32,000 nt of DNA from Acaryochloris thomasi RCC1774 (GTDB lineage: Bacteria > Cyanobacteriota > Cyanobacteriia > Thermosynechococcales > Thermosynechococcaceae). A program made the position numbers and the translations under genes. The notes under the pieces were generated by a model that was not told where the DNA came from, ran no database searches, and worked only from the letters and a program-made list of their open reading frames with translations. Positions 10,119 to 19,298 of the stretch are shown here, piece by piece. The stretch is taken from contig NZ_PQWO01000029.1 in the NCBI RefSeq assembly GCF_003231495.1, positions 12,372-44,371 on the forward strand, given 5' to 3'. Within the stretch, counting starts at the first letter, position 1. The number at the start of each line of letters is the position of its first letter.

Positions 10119-10765
10119 GCAAACATTTGACCACAATACTCTTGCTGCTTATATCTGCGCTGGTGGGCTGCAGTGAGCCGATTGCCGAGTTGCCCCCCGA
10201 ACCACCTGCGGGGAAAGAAGCCTCTTCGCCTGTTTTGCCTTCTCCTGACAGTGAGCTTCCTACTCCCTCTGAACAGAGTCAAGACCGTCTTGATTCCAGT
10301 ACTCGTAGCGAGAATAATGATGCCGGTAGACCTCTCACCGCGCGAGTAAGCGATCTCAATGCGCTTGTCGATGAGCTGGGTGGGCGTGTGACGGCGCAAG
10401 AGATTACGGTTCCACTCCCCGCTGACGTTCTGTTTGATTTTGATAAGGCCGAGCTGCGTTCTGATGCCCTGCCCACGCTCCAGCGTCTTGCAGATCTAAT
10501 CAGAGAAAGTGGTGATGGAGCAATTCAGATCGAAGGACATACAGACTCTAAAGGTGAAGAAGCCTACAATCAGCCTCTCTCTGAGCGGCGCGCCCAAGCC
10601 GTTGCTGATTGGCTCACCAGTCAGGGTATAGGCTCAGATCGCCTACGCTCAAGTGGCTTGGGTGAATCAAAGCCAGTCGCAGAAAATACAAATGCAGACG
10701 GCAGCGATAATCCTGAAGGACGTCAGCAAAATCGACGGGTAGAGGTCATTATTCAGCGAGAATGA
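10115..10765 (+). CDS. OmpA/Pal-like peptidoglycan-associated lipoprotein
   Basis: The ATG at 10115 gives MSKHLTTILLLLISALVGC (lipobox LVGC). The C-terminal OmpA_C domain has FDFDKAELR, IEGHTDSKG, YNQPLSERRAQAV and NRRVEV. The 5' extension in the ORF track (from 10022) overlaps the upstream gene and is rejected. Confidence 0.85.
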   Translation: MSKHLTTILLLLISALVGCSEPIAELPPEPPAGKEASSPVLPSPDSELPTPSEQSQDRLDSSTRSENNDAGRPLTARVSDLNALVDELGGRVTAQEITVPLPADVLFDFDKAELRSDALPTLQRLADLIRESGDGAIQIEGHTDSKGEEAYNQPLSERRAQAVADWLTSQGIGSDRLRSSGLGESKPVAENTNADGSDNPEGRQQNRRVEVIIQRE

Positions 10766-10873
10766 TGACGAAAAGGGGTGCTGCTAGCTTTGTCCTGAGA
10801 GAGGAGCAGCGTTACCGGCTTGATGTTCCAAGCCTGTTATTTTAGACGTTTTGCAGATAGGAACTCGACAAGT

Positions 10874-10940
10874 CGGTTTTGTCGATATTATGACGGTGAT
10901 GAAGTACGTCTGTTTTGAAGGGTTCCTCGCTATCACGTAG
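10874..10940 (+). pseudogene. relic 3' end of a second cmoA copy (last 22 codons plus stop)
   Basis: 67 nt align without gaps to 9173-9239, the 3' end of the intact cmoA, with 57/67 identical by hand. It translates as GFVDIMTVMKYVCFEGFLAIT* versus GFVDIMTVMKYVCFEGFLAIK*. No cmoA-like sequence lies upstream of 10874. Confidence 0.7.
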
Positions 10941-10953
10941 CCCCAGTCACACC

Positions 10954-11910
10954 ATGCCAGATCATTCACTCGTTATAGAGCCACCTTGCGATCGCCCTAT
11001 CGTAGTGGCAACCATGTATAAATTTATATACATAGAAGACTGCCTGCCCCTCAAAGAGCAGCTCATCGAAATTTTTCAGGCCCACAACCTCATGGGCACC
11101 ATTCTCTTAGCCACAGAAGGCTTAAATGGCACCGTTGCCGGTCCAGCATCGGGAATAGAGGCTCTATTTCAGTTTTTGCATCAAGATTCACGATTTGTTG
11201 ACCTATGGCCGAAGCTTTCCTACGTACCAAGCCCCCCCTTTAAACGCATGAAAGTTAAGGTGAGGCGCGAGATTGTCTCCATGGGCTTAGAGGGCATCGA
11301 TCCAGCAGAGAAAACCGGCACCCATATTGATCCTAAAAACTGGAATGAGCTGATCCGAGACCCCGAAGTGCTGGTAATTGATACTCGCAATCAGTATGAG
11401 TATGAGATTGGTACCTTTGAAGGGGCTAAGTCGCCTGAGACCGAGAATTTTCGACAATTCCCGCAGTTTGTTGATGAGCAGCTTAATCCCAAAGAGCACC
11501 CAAAAGTCGCAATGTTTTGTACCGGTGGAATTCGTTGTGAGAAGGCTAGCGCCTATCTATTGGAACAGGGATTCGAAGAGGTCTATCAGCTAGAGGGCGG
11601 CATTCTCAATTACCTACAGGCGCACCAGCCTGAAAATTCTCTATGGAATGGCGAATGCTTTGTCTTCGACGAGCGCGTTGCCGTCGATGAACAGCTTCAA
11701 CCCGGTAGCCATACCATGTGTTTTGGCTGTCGCCACCCGCTATCCGAGCAAGACTATCAATCAGAGAAATACGAGCCAGGCATCTCCTGCCCCCATTGCT
11801 TCGATCAGCTAACTGAAAGCCAGCGTGCTAGCTTTGCAGAGCGCAGATTACAGATGGAGCTTGCGGCCCAACGCAGCCAAAAACATCTGGGAACATCGGA
11901 AGAAACGTAA
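10954..11910 (+). CDS. trhO: rhodanese-domain tRNA uridine(34) hydroxylase (UPF0176/YceA family)
   Basis: Collinear with E. coli YceA/TrhO as I recall it: YKF, ATEGLNGTV, IDTRN.YEYEIG.F, FCTGGIRCEKASAYL, LEGGIL.Y, CFVFDERVAV, and a C-terminal Cys cluster. The ATG at 10954 is preferred over the TTG at 10915, which lies inside the cmoA relic. Confidence 0.88.
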   Translation: MPDHSLVIEPPCDRPIVVATMYKFIYIEDCLPLKEQLIEIFQAHNLMGTILLATEGLNGTVAGPASGIEALFQFLHQDSRFVDLWPKLSYVPSPPFKRMKVKVRREIVSMGLEGIDPAEKTGTHIDPKNWNELIRDPEVLVIDTRNQYEYEIGTFEGAKSPETENFRQFPQFVDEQLNPKEHPKVAMFCTGGIRCEKASAYLLEQGFEEVYQLEGGILNYLQAHQPENSLWNGECFVFDERVAVDEQLQPGSHTMCFGCRHPLSEQDYQSEKYEPGISCPHCFDQLTESQRASFAERRLQMELAAQRSQKHLGTSEET

Positions 11911-11925
11911 GGCTGTGCAGGCCCG

Positions 11926-12429
11926 TTACGGTTTACGCACCGTAATAGGATTTGTAAACAGCGTTGAATTCGGTATTAGGATGCGATCTCCTTCAGTTTC
12001 CAGGGTTGTGTAGCGCAGATCAATTTCAATCACCGTTCCCTCTAAACCCGACACCGTAATCCAGTCCCCACGGATAAACGGACGGTAGGTCAAGACAAGT
12101 ACACCAGAGAGCAAATTTGACAGAACGTCCTTGAGGGCAAAGCCTAGAGCAAAGCCCGTCAGACCTAGGCTAGCAACCATCGCTGAGACATCAACCCCCA
12201 TCGTGCCCATTGAGACGGTTATACCCACTAGAATGATGCCCACAGAGACCACTCGGCGCAGAAGGTTAACAATATCCCGATCTAGATGGCTACGCCGACC
12301 GACCTGATCAACAATCCTTCCGGCAACGAGACTGAGAAACCAGAAGACAAGCAGGCTCAGTAAACCTGAAATGAGCTGAGGGGTAAATAGCAAGAGTTTC
12401 TCAGTCAATGCTTTAATGCCGTCGTTCAT
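11926..12429 (-). CDS. small MscS-family mechanosensitive channel-like protein lacking the C-terminal alpha-beta domain
   Basis: 167 aa. It has a pore-helix-like GLTGFALGFALKDVLSNLLSGVLVL followed by the MscS beta-domain motif GDWITV..LEGTVIEIDLRYTTLET.EGDRILIPNS, then ends. Confidence 0.75.
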   Translation of the reverse strand: MNDGIKALTEKLLLFTPQLISGLLSLLVFWFLSLVAGRIVDQVGRRSHLDRDIVNLLRRVVSVGIILVGITVSMGTMGVDVSAMVASLGLTGFALGFALKDVLSNLLSGVLVLTYRPFIRGDWITVSGLEGTVIEIDLRYTTLETEGDRILIPNSTLFTNPITVRKP

Positions 12430-12434
12430 ATTCT

Positions 12435-13520
12435 TTAAGGCTCTATTCCATCTTCAAAAAATTCTGTGGGTACAACGCGTACCTTAAGCTGGACGGGCTG
12501 CTCAAGACGTTCAACAAGAAACTGACGAACCAACTGCACCTGTTTTTGAGAGATGGTGCCCGGGGGTGCGGCAACATCTAACTCAACAAAAGCACTATCA
12601 AAATCAGGGCGAACCTCAAGGCGCTGAATCTCAGTATTGGCAAAGGTTAGCGATTCACGTGAAATTAGGGTATTTATTTCAGATTTGAGCTGCTGTCGCA
12701 CCAAAATATTACGTAGAGACCAGCCGAGAGGTACTCCAAGAATCAGTAGGGAGACGCCCCCGGCCACCAAGCTCTTTCTCGCTCGTTCGAGAGAACCATA
12801 GCTCTGAAAAAGGAAAACAAGTGAACCACTGAGAATAATACCAATCAAGTTGGTGGCAAATAGGACAGTGGCCCCTACCGCAATATTTGTGTTGGCCCAA
12901 GCGATCCCAATGCCAATCACGCTCAGTGGTGGCACTAACGCGACAGAGATTGCGACCCCAGGCAGGGCATTTTCAACCTGACGCCGCGACTGGGCAAAGG
13001 CTCCAGCAGCCCCTGCTGCCAGCGCTACGCCTAAGTCAATCAAGGTGGGCCTGACCCGAATTAAAATCTCTGAACTCGGCGTTTTCAAACCGATGAGAAA
13101 TGTAATAATCGCGGCAGTCAAAACAGAAAGAATGACGCCCTTGAAGGTGGTCAATACCGATCGCTTCAGCAAGCGTCGGTTCCCCACAGTCATGGCATAG
13201 GCCATCCCAATAATAGGCCCCATCAAGGGAGCAATGATCATGGCACCAATAATGGCGGCAGCACTATTGGCAAGCAGCCCTAGCGTTGAGATCACACCAG
13301 ACAGACTCAGAAGCGCATAGAAGCTTAAAGAGGGAACCGAGGCCTTCCAGAGGCTACGGTTCAGCGCAGCGATGGGCCTTTTCTTTTCAATGACCCAACT
13401 CCAATCACCGCTATTCTGATTCCAAATCTCAGAGATTTTTTTGCGCGTGCGGATGAGCTGCCGAAAAAAGCGTAGCTTCAGTAGTCTGCGCTTCAGCGAG
13501 GGTGAAGATTTATGGGTCAT
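12435..13520 (-). CDS. DUF389-family (TIGR00341-like) polytopic membrane protein
   Basis: 361 aa with multiple TM helices, including the AMIIAPLMGPIIGMAYA motif typical of DUF389. The C-terminal domain is soluble. Only 5 nt separate it from the downstream gene. Confidence 0.6.
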   Translation of the reverse strand: MTHKSSPSLKRRLLKLRFFRQLIRTRKKISEIWNQNSGDWSWVIEKKRPIAALNRSLWKASVPSLSFYALLSLSGVISTLGLLANSAAAIIGAMIIAPLMGPIIGMAYAMTVGNRRLLKRSVLTTFKGVILSVLTAAIITFLIGLKTPSSEILIRVRPTLIDLGVALAAGAAGAFAQSRRQVENALPGVAISVALVPPLSVIGIGIAWANTNIAVGATVLFATNLIGIILSGSLVFLFQSYGSLERARKSLVAGGVSLLILGVPLGWSLRNILVRQQLKSEINTLISRESLTFANTEIQRLEVRPDFDSAFVELDVAAPPGTISQKQVQLVRQFLVERLEQPVQLKVRVVPTEFFEDGIEP

Positions 13521-13526
13521 GCAGGT

Positions 13527-14429
13527 TCAAGTCGGAGGAGGCTGGTCTGGATTAACTGAAACGGCATACCGAGCAGGCAATATTTTAGAGCCATATTTTT
13601 GGGCATAAACCTGTGTCAGTTCAGCACCAAAAAAGAGAATTTGAGCTGAGTAATATACCCATAGTAGAAGAACAGCAAGAGACCCGGCTGCGCCATAGGT
13701 CGAGCTAAAGCTGCTGTGGCCGAGATAAAGACCAATCAGAGCTTTACCCACCGAGAATAAAATCGAGGTCATGATCGCACCAACCCAGACGTCACTCCAC
13801 TTGATCATGACGTCTGGCAGCACTTTATAAATCATGGCAAACAAGATAGTGATCACGCCAAATGAGATCACAAGGTCCAGGAATTGACCAATTTGAATCA
13901 AACCTTCCGAGCCTTTGTTGAGATACTCACTGATGACTGCAAGGCCCGCACTGAAGATCAGAGCTACGAGCAGCAGAAAGCCAATACCTAAAACCATCGC
14001 AAAAGATAAAACGCGATCGCGCACAAAACTGACAATCCCTCGACCGGGTTTGGGCTTGACCTGCCAGATTGTATTCAGAGCATCCTGGAGTTGCGCAAAC
14101 ATGCCGGTGGCTCCAAAAACCAAAAAGACAAGACTGCTGAGTGTGGCAGTAATACCGGACCCTGACTGCTGCGTATCCCGCATCATGACCTTTACAATAG
14201 CTGCACCATCGTCGCCAACCAGATCTCTAAACTGAGCTAGAATCTGAGCCTGGGCTGCCTCTTCACCGAAGGCAAGACTCAAGATCGCAATCACAATTAC
14301 GAGAATGGGAGCGAGCGAAAAGGCTGTGTAGTAAGCCAGAGCCGCCGCCAGTCGAGAGGCTTTGTCGGCCTGCCACTTCGCAATTGTCATCCTCAGCAAC
14401 TTAATGGCTCGCTTTAGTTTCGGGGGCAT
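13527..14429 (-). CDS. YihY/BrkB-family membrane protein (formerly annotated as RNase BN)
   Basis: 300 aa. The N-terminal signature is ASRLAAALAYYTAFSLAPILV, with six hydrophobic segments and GAELT near the C-terminus. It is 6 nt upstream of the DUF389 gene. Confidence 0.85.
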   Translation of the reverse strand: MPPKLKRAIKLLRMTIAKWQADKASRLAAALAYYTAFSLAPILVIVIAILSLAFGEEAAQAQILAQFRDLVGDDGAAIVKVMMRDTQQSGSGITATLSSLVFLVFGATGMFAQLQDALNTIWQVKPKPGRGIVSFVRDRVLSFAMVLGIGFLLLVALIFSAGLAVISEYLNKGSEGLIQIGQFLDLVISFGVITILFAMIYKVLPDVMIKWSDVWVGAIMTSILFSVGKALIGLYLGHSSFSSTYGAAGSLAVLLLWVYYSAQILFFGAELTQVYAQKYGSKILPARYAVSVNPDQPPPT

Positions 14430-14735
14430 ACTGACAAAGGTCCATTTAGATCGGCTTGAAGAGGCTTGTGAAGCTCTAGTTTACGCTCCGGGAAGATTGA
14501 GACGAGTGGGGTTATCAACGTTGCTTAAAATTGTGCCGCAGATATCATCCAACTGCAGATCCCTGGCATTGTAACCGAACAGATTTTTGAATTCACGACC
14601 TAGCAAAACTAAAGCCCAAACATTTAGCTATGTGGAGCCAAAGGAGCACAGATACGAGCGATGTTCAAAGATAAAGATGTCCGAGCAAATTCACATGCGG
14701 TTTGAGCCGGAAAATCGACTCGGAACGAATCATGT

Positions 14736-16547
14736 CTAATCGTCTTTAAGCTTCAATACAGCCATAAAAGCCTCCTGGGGCACATCAACACTGCCCACAG
14801 ACTTCATTCGCTTTTTGCCTTTTTTCTGCTTCTCTAGTAACTTGCGCTTCCGCGATACGTCGCCGCCGTAGCACTTCGCCAATACATCCTTGCGCAGGGC
14901 TGGGATGCGCTCACTAGCAATCACCTTAGAGCCAATCGCAGCCTGAATCGGAATCTTAAACTGATGGCGGGGAATGAGTTCTTTAAGTTTGCTCACTAGC
15001 GCCCGCCCCATCCCGTATGCTTTATCGCGATGCACGATGGCCGCGAGCGAATCAACCGGATCTTCATTGATCAAAATATCAAGCTTCACCAGATGGTTCT
15101 CGCGATAGCCAATTAACTGATACTCCATGCTGGCGTAGCCGCGCGATCGCGACTTCATCTGGTCAAAAAAGTCTGTGACAACTTCCGCCAAGGGCAATTG
15201 ATAAATTAACGTTGTCCGCCCCGGCGTCAGGTATTTCATATCCTTGAATTCGCCTCGCCGATCTTGGCCCAGCTCCATCAGCGTCCCCACAAACTCCTCG
15301 GGGGTAATCATATCGACTTGAACGGAGGGCTCTTCAATTTTTTCGCGGTGGTTTGGCTCTGGCAGAGTACTGGGGTTATCAATCGTGATCACCTCTCCCG
15401 TATTGGTGGTGACGCGATAGACCACTGAAGGGGCCGTAATAATCAGGTTGAGGTTGTACTCACGCTCTAAACGCTCCTGCACAATTTCCATATGCAGCAG
15501 GCCCAAAAAGCCGCACCGGAAGCCAAAGCCCATCGCGCTGGAGGTCTCAGGCTCATAGTTAAGGGCTGCGTCATTCAGCTTTAGGCGCTCCAAAGCATCG
15601 CGCAAATCAGGGAACTGATCGGCATCAATGGGAAACATCCCGCAGAACACCATCGGCTTCGCTTCAACGTAACCTGGTAGGGGGTCTGCAGCCTCGGCTT
15701 TGGCAAGGGTAATGGTGTCGCCCACCCGAGCATCTTCTACAGCCTTGATAGAGGCTGCAATGTAACCCACTTCTCCGGCATGGAGTTCACCAACCTGGAC
15801 CTGAGTCGGTGAGAGAACACCGAGTTCATCGATATCAAATTCTTTGCCTGAGGCCATCAGGTGGATGCGATCGCCCGTCTTAACGGTCCCATCCATGACG
15901 CGGAAATATACAATGACGCCTCGGTATACATCGTAATAACTGTCAAAGATCAAAGCCCGCAGCGGCTTATCGGTCGTATCTTCCGGCGGCGGCACAAGAT
16001 GAACAATGGATTCCAGAATTTCATCAACACCAATGCCAGCCTTCGCTGAAGCATGAATGGCCCCACTGCAGTCAAGCCCTACAATCTCTTCAATTTCGTC
16101 CTTAACCCGCTCAGGCTCAGCACCCGGCAAATCAATCTTGTTGAGGACGGGGATAATCTCCAAATCATTCTCAATAGCGAGGTAAACGTTTGCCAAAGTT
16201 TGAGCTTCAACCCCTTGGGAAGCATCAACAACCAGCAAAGCTCCTTCACAAGCGGCTAGAGATCGCGACACTTCATAAGAAAAGTCCACATGCCCCGGTG
16301 TGTCAATCAGATTAAGCACATATTCTTCACCGTCTTGGGCCTTGTAGTTCATCCGAGCAGCCTGCAGCTTGATAGTGATGCCTCTCTCTCTCTCAAGATC
16401 CATGCTGTCGAGGAACTGCTCTTTCATTTCCCGAGCCTGCACCGTACCGGTCACCTGCAATAGGCGATCTGCCAGCGTAGACTTGCCGTGATCGATATGG
16501 GCAATGATCGAAAAGTTGCGAATACGAGAGACGGGAACGTCAGTCAT
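14736..16547 (-). CDS. lepA: translation elongation factor 4
   Basis: 603 aa with GTPase motifs [14 protein letters not shown] and NKID, and the LepA-specific C-terminal domain (...[27 protein letters not shown]...). Confidence 0.97.
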   Translation of the reverse strand: MTDVPVSRIRNFSIIAHIDHGKSTLADRLLQVTGTVQAREMKEQFLDSMDLERERGITIKLQAARMNYKAQDGEEYVLNLIDTPGHVDFSYEVSRSLAACEGALLVVDASQGVEAQTLANVYLAIENDLEIIPVLNKIDLPGAEPERVKDEIEEIVGLDCSGAIHASAKAGIGVDEILESIVHLVPPPEDTTDKPLRALIFDSYYDVYRGVIVYFRVMDGTVKTGDRIHLMASGKEFDIDELGVLSPTQVQVGELHAGEVGYIAASIKAVEDARVGDTITLAKAEAADPLPGYVEAKPMVFCGMFPIDADQFPDLRDALERLKLNDAALNYEPETSSAMGFGFRCGFLGLLHMEIVQERLEREYNLNLIITAPSVVYRVTTNTGEVITIDNPSTLPEPNHREKIEEPSVQVDMITPEEFVGTLMELGQDRRGEFKDMKYLTPGRTTLIYQLPLAEVVTDFFDQMKSRSRGYASMEYQLIGYRENHLVKLDILINEDPVDSLAAIVHRDKAYGMGRALVSKLKELIPRHQFKIPIQAAIGSKVIASERIPALRKDVLAKCYGGDVSRKRKLLEKQKKGKKRMKSVGSVDVPQEAFMAVLKLKDD

Positions 16548-16909
16548 GCGGTCAGTAAACTCACAAAGGGCTAAGGGAGTATGGAGAACCCCAACAAAAT
16601 TGTAATCGTTCCTAACGCGGGTGCGGTGATTTAGGTAGTGTTACGTTAACCCGTTGCCCAGATGACAGGTTGAGGGATTTACAGCTCCAGCTTTACATAG
16701 ATGTCAGCTGATCAGCTCCTTCATTATCCTGATGGCTTTGCGCGGGTATCTCCGCTATCGCTTGACTTATCAAGATATCTTTAGGATTGCTGTTTAAAAA
16801 ATCAGAGGGTTGCTCCCATTCATCTGCCTTCATAGAGCCAATGCAACAGAACCTTCATCAGCTTGATTTATACTATTTCAATCGGCCATTAGATTTGGAA
16901 AAAGCTTAG

Positions 16910-19117
16910 ATGCAGAAACAACAGAGCGATGTTTTTCTGCGCACGAAGAAATTATCAGCCCTACCATTAGCGGTGACACTATGCGGCGTGATAGCTCTAA
17001 CTTTTATGGCCTTCTGGGTTGTACTACAGCTCGAAAAATCCAATCGAAAGAAAGAATTTAAATTACAGGCATCCAATGCAGAATTATCCATCCAAAGAGC
17101 ATTGGATCGGAATATCGAATCCATCGAATCCATCGTTGCTCTTTACAATGCCTCTGAGACGGTTGAGCGGCAGGAGTTTCAAAAGTTTGTCGAAGTTCGC
17201 TTGCTTGAGAATTCAGCGATCAAAGCGCTGGAGTGGATACCACGGATCCCCTCTACCGAACGAGAGACCTACGAACAGGCAGCTAGACAAGAGGGGTTCC
17301 CTAACTTCCAAATCACCGAGCGCAATCTGCAGGGGCAGATAGTCAGGGCCAGTCAACGCCTAGAATACTTCCCCATCTATTACATAGAACCCTTTCAAGG
17401 CAATGAGCCTGCACTTGGCTTCGATCTAGCATCTAATCCGGCTCGACTAAAGGCGATGAATCAAGCCCGAGATCAAAATCAAGCGATCGCCACCGCTCCC
17501 ATTGACTTGGTACAAGAAACACTAAAAGGCAAGAAAGGTATTCTCATCTTTTTGCCCATCTTTCGCCAAGATCAACCGATCAACTCTATTCCAGCTCGTC
17601 GCCAGAACCTAGAAGGATTTACCCTTAGCATTTTCCTGATTGAGGATCTGATGAACCGTATCTTGGATGGCACCCTCCCAAAGGGCTTCGAATTTTACCT
17701 CTTGGATCAATCATTGCCTCAGAGCGAACAACTCCTCTACGCCGCTTCGTCCACTCAAAAGAAGACCTCTGGCAATTTTAAGGGGGATATAGCTAGCACT
17801 CTTCAGAAAGGAATTTATTACACCACAACCCTAGATATTGCTGAACGGAAATGGTTACTGATTGCCAAACCTAATGCAGACTCTATTGTCCATCAAAGTT
17901 CTGGTCTTCAATGGTTGGTTTTGGCGAGTGGGGGAGTCGTGATGCTTGGATCTATGGCGAACTCGTTGGCGCAAGCCCTTGAGCGCAGACAGGCAGCATC
18001 CACCTTGAAAAAGAGTGAAGCTAGATTTAGAGCATTAGTGACCTCCGCCCCAGTTGGGATTTATCAAACCTCTTTCCAGGGAGAGTGTGAGTTCGTAAAC
18101 GCCCGTTGGCAAGCTATGACAGGACTTACGATAGATGAGGCAATGGGAACTGGCTGGTCTCATGTACTCCATCCTGAGGATCGAGAGCGAATTTGGAGCG
18201 AATGGTCTCAGGCGACTGAATCGGGGATAGAGTTTGAGTCGGAATATCGATTCTTGACGCCCCAGAAAAAGGTGGTTTGGGTGTATGGCCGGGCGATCTC
18301 ACTTCGAGATGATGCTGGAACCGTGACGGGCTATTTAGGAATCGTAACGGATATTAGCGATCGCAAGCGCGCAGAAGAAGAACTGCAGCAACTCAACCAA
18401 GAACTCTCTCGCTCTAATCAAGAGCTGGGTCAGTTTGCCTATGTTGCGTCTCATGATCTGCAGGAACCACTCCGTAAAATCAAAAGCTTCACCGAACTCT
18501 TGGTCAAACGCTACCCAGAACAAGGAGACGAAAAAGCAGAGCGTTATATGAACCACATTATGGATGGGACCCATCGGATGCAGTTACTGATCCGCGATTT
18601 GCTGACCTATTCTCGAGCCGGACGAGCGGAACTTAATATTCAAACCACTGACCTAAACGAAATCTTAGAGGGCGTTAAGTCTGACCTCGCCCACATTATT
18701 GCAGAACGAGAGGTCCAGATTGATGCTCAGCTCCTGCCAACTCTATCTATAGATCCGTCGCAAATGCGGCAGTTGTTTCAGAATCTAATCAGTAATGCAA
18801 TCAAATACTGTCAAGCTGATATCCCCAAAGTTTTAATTCGGGTCGTTCAATCTGAAGCATTCTGGACTTTTACCGTTCAAGATAACGGCATTGGTATTGA
18901 TCCTAAGTATGCTGATCGTATTTTTGTGATTTTCCAGCGCCTTCACAACCGTGAAGCCTATTCTGGGACCGGGATTGGCCTAGCAGTCTGCAAAAAAATT
19001 ATTGAGCGACACGGTGGTAAAATCTGGCTCGATCCATCATCTCAAACTGGATCTACATTTATGTTTACGCTACCCAGCAAAGGCCAAATTCAGCAACAAG
19101 TTAAGGATGGCGGATAG
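16910..19117 (+). CDS. CHASE-PAS sensor histidine kinase
   Basis: 735 aa. Order of domains: TM1; periplasmic CHASE domain (ALEWIPRI...YFPIYYIEP...ALGFDL...); TM2; PAS (FRALVTSAPVGIYQT...); HisKA H-box FAYVASHDLQEPLR; HATPase N, G1 and G2 boxes (NLISNAIKY, DNGIGI, GTGIGLA). Confidence 0.9.
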   Translation: MQKQQSDVFLRTKKLSALPLAVTLCGVIALTFMAFWVVLQLEKSNRKKEFKLQASNAELSIQRALDRNIESIESIVALYNASETVERQEFQKFVEVRLLENSAIKALEWIPRIPSTERETYEQAARQEGFPNFQITERNLQGQIVRASQRLEYFPIYYIEPFQGNEPALGFDLASNPARLKAMNQARDQNQAIATAPIDLVQETLKGKKGILIFLPIFRQDQPINSIPARRQNLEGFTLSIFLIEDLMNRILDGTLPKGFEFYLLDQSLPQSEQLLYAASSTQKKTSGNFKGDIASTLQKGIYYTTTLDIAERKWLLIAKPNADSIVHQSSGLQWLVLASGGVVMLGSMANSLAQALERRQAASTLKKSEARFRALVTSAPVGIYQTSFQGECEFVNARWQAMTGLTIDEAMGTGWSHVLHPEDRERIWSEWSQATESGIEFESEYRFLTPQKKVVWVYGRAISLRDDAGTVTGYLGIVTDISDRKRAEEELQQLNQELSRSNQELGQFAYVASHDLQEPLRKIKSFTELLVKRYPEQGDEKAERYMNHIMDGTHRMQLLIRDLLTYSRAGRAELNIQTTDLNEILEGVKSDLAHIIAEREVQIDAQLLPTLSIDPSQMRQLFQNLISNAIKYCQADIPKVLIRVVQSEAFWTFTVQDNGIGIDPKYADRIFVIFQRLHNREAYSGTGIGLAVCKKIIERHGGKIWLDPSSQTGSTFMFTLPSKGQIQQQVKDGG

Positions 19118-19236
19118 ACTGTGTCTCAACTCACCCCATCAAAAGTAAAGTCAGACTCGTAATGATCTGCAAGTATTGATGAGCTACAAGCAATGCACAA
19201 CAAGGAAAACATGCAATATTTACTGGGGCATGTCAG

Positions 19237-19270
19237 AAAAAAAAGAGCCTGAGATTTTCAGGCTCTTTTT
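19237..19270. terminator. bidirectional intrinsic terminator between the convergent kinase and acsF genes
   Basis: The 10-bp stem AAGAGCCTGA (19243-19252) / TCAGGCTCTT (19258-19267) has a 5-nt loop. It is flanked by an A8 run upstream and a T-run downstream, so it can terminate either strand. Confidence 0.7.
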
Positions 19271-19298
19271 CAAGTAGGTCTATCCAGACTTTATTGAA

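Noticed and set aside
10784-10969. 61-aa minus-strand ORF spanning the cmoA relic and the trhO start.
   Set aside because: It has no motif, and it lies antisense to a recognisable relic and to the trhO 5' end. It is probably a chance ORF.
14362-14574. 70-aa plus-strand ORF bridging the yihY start and the lepA-yihY spacer.
   Set aside because: It overlaps the yihY 5' end on the antisense strand, has no motifs, and sits where the yihY promoter is expected.
16381-16395. (CT)n microsatellite-like run inside lepA, GGC x6 run in alaS (6648-6665), and the 2 x 9-nt tandem GAATCCATC in the kinase gene (near 17117-17134).
   Set aside because: All are in frame and encode expected or innocuous peptide (LERERG in LepA, the conserved poly-Gly of AlaRS, IESIES in the kinase). 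There is no sign of phase variation.
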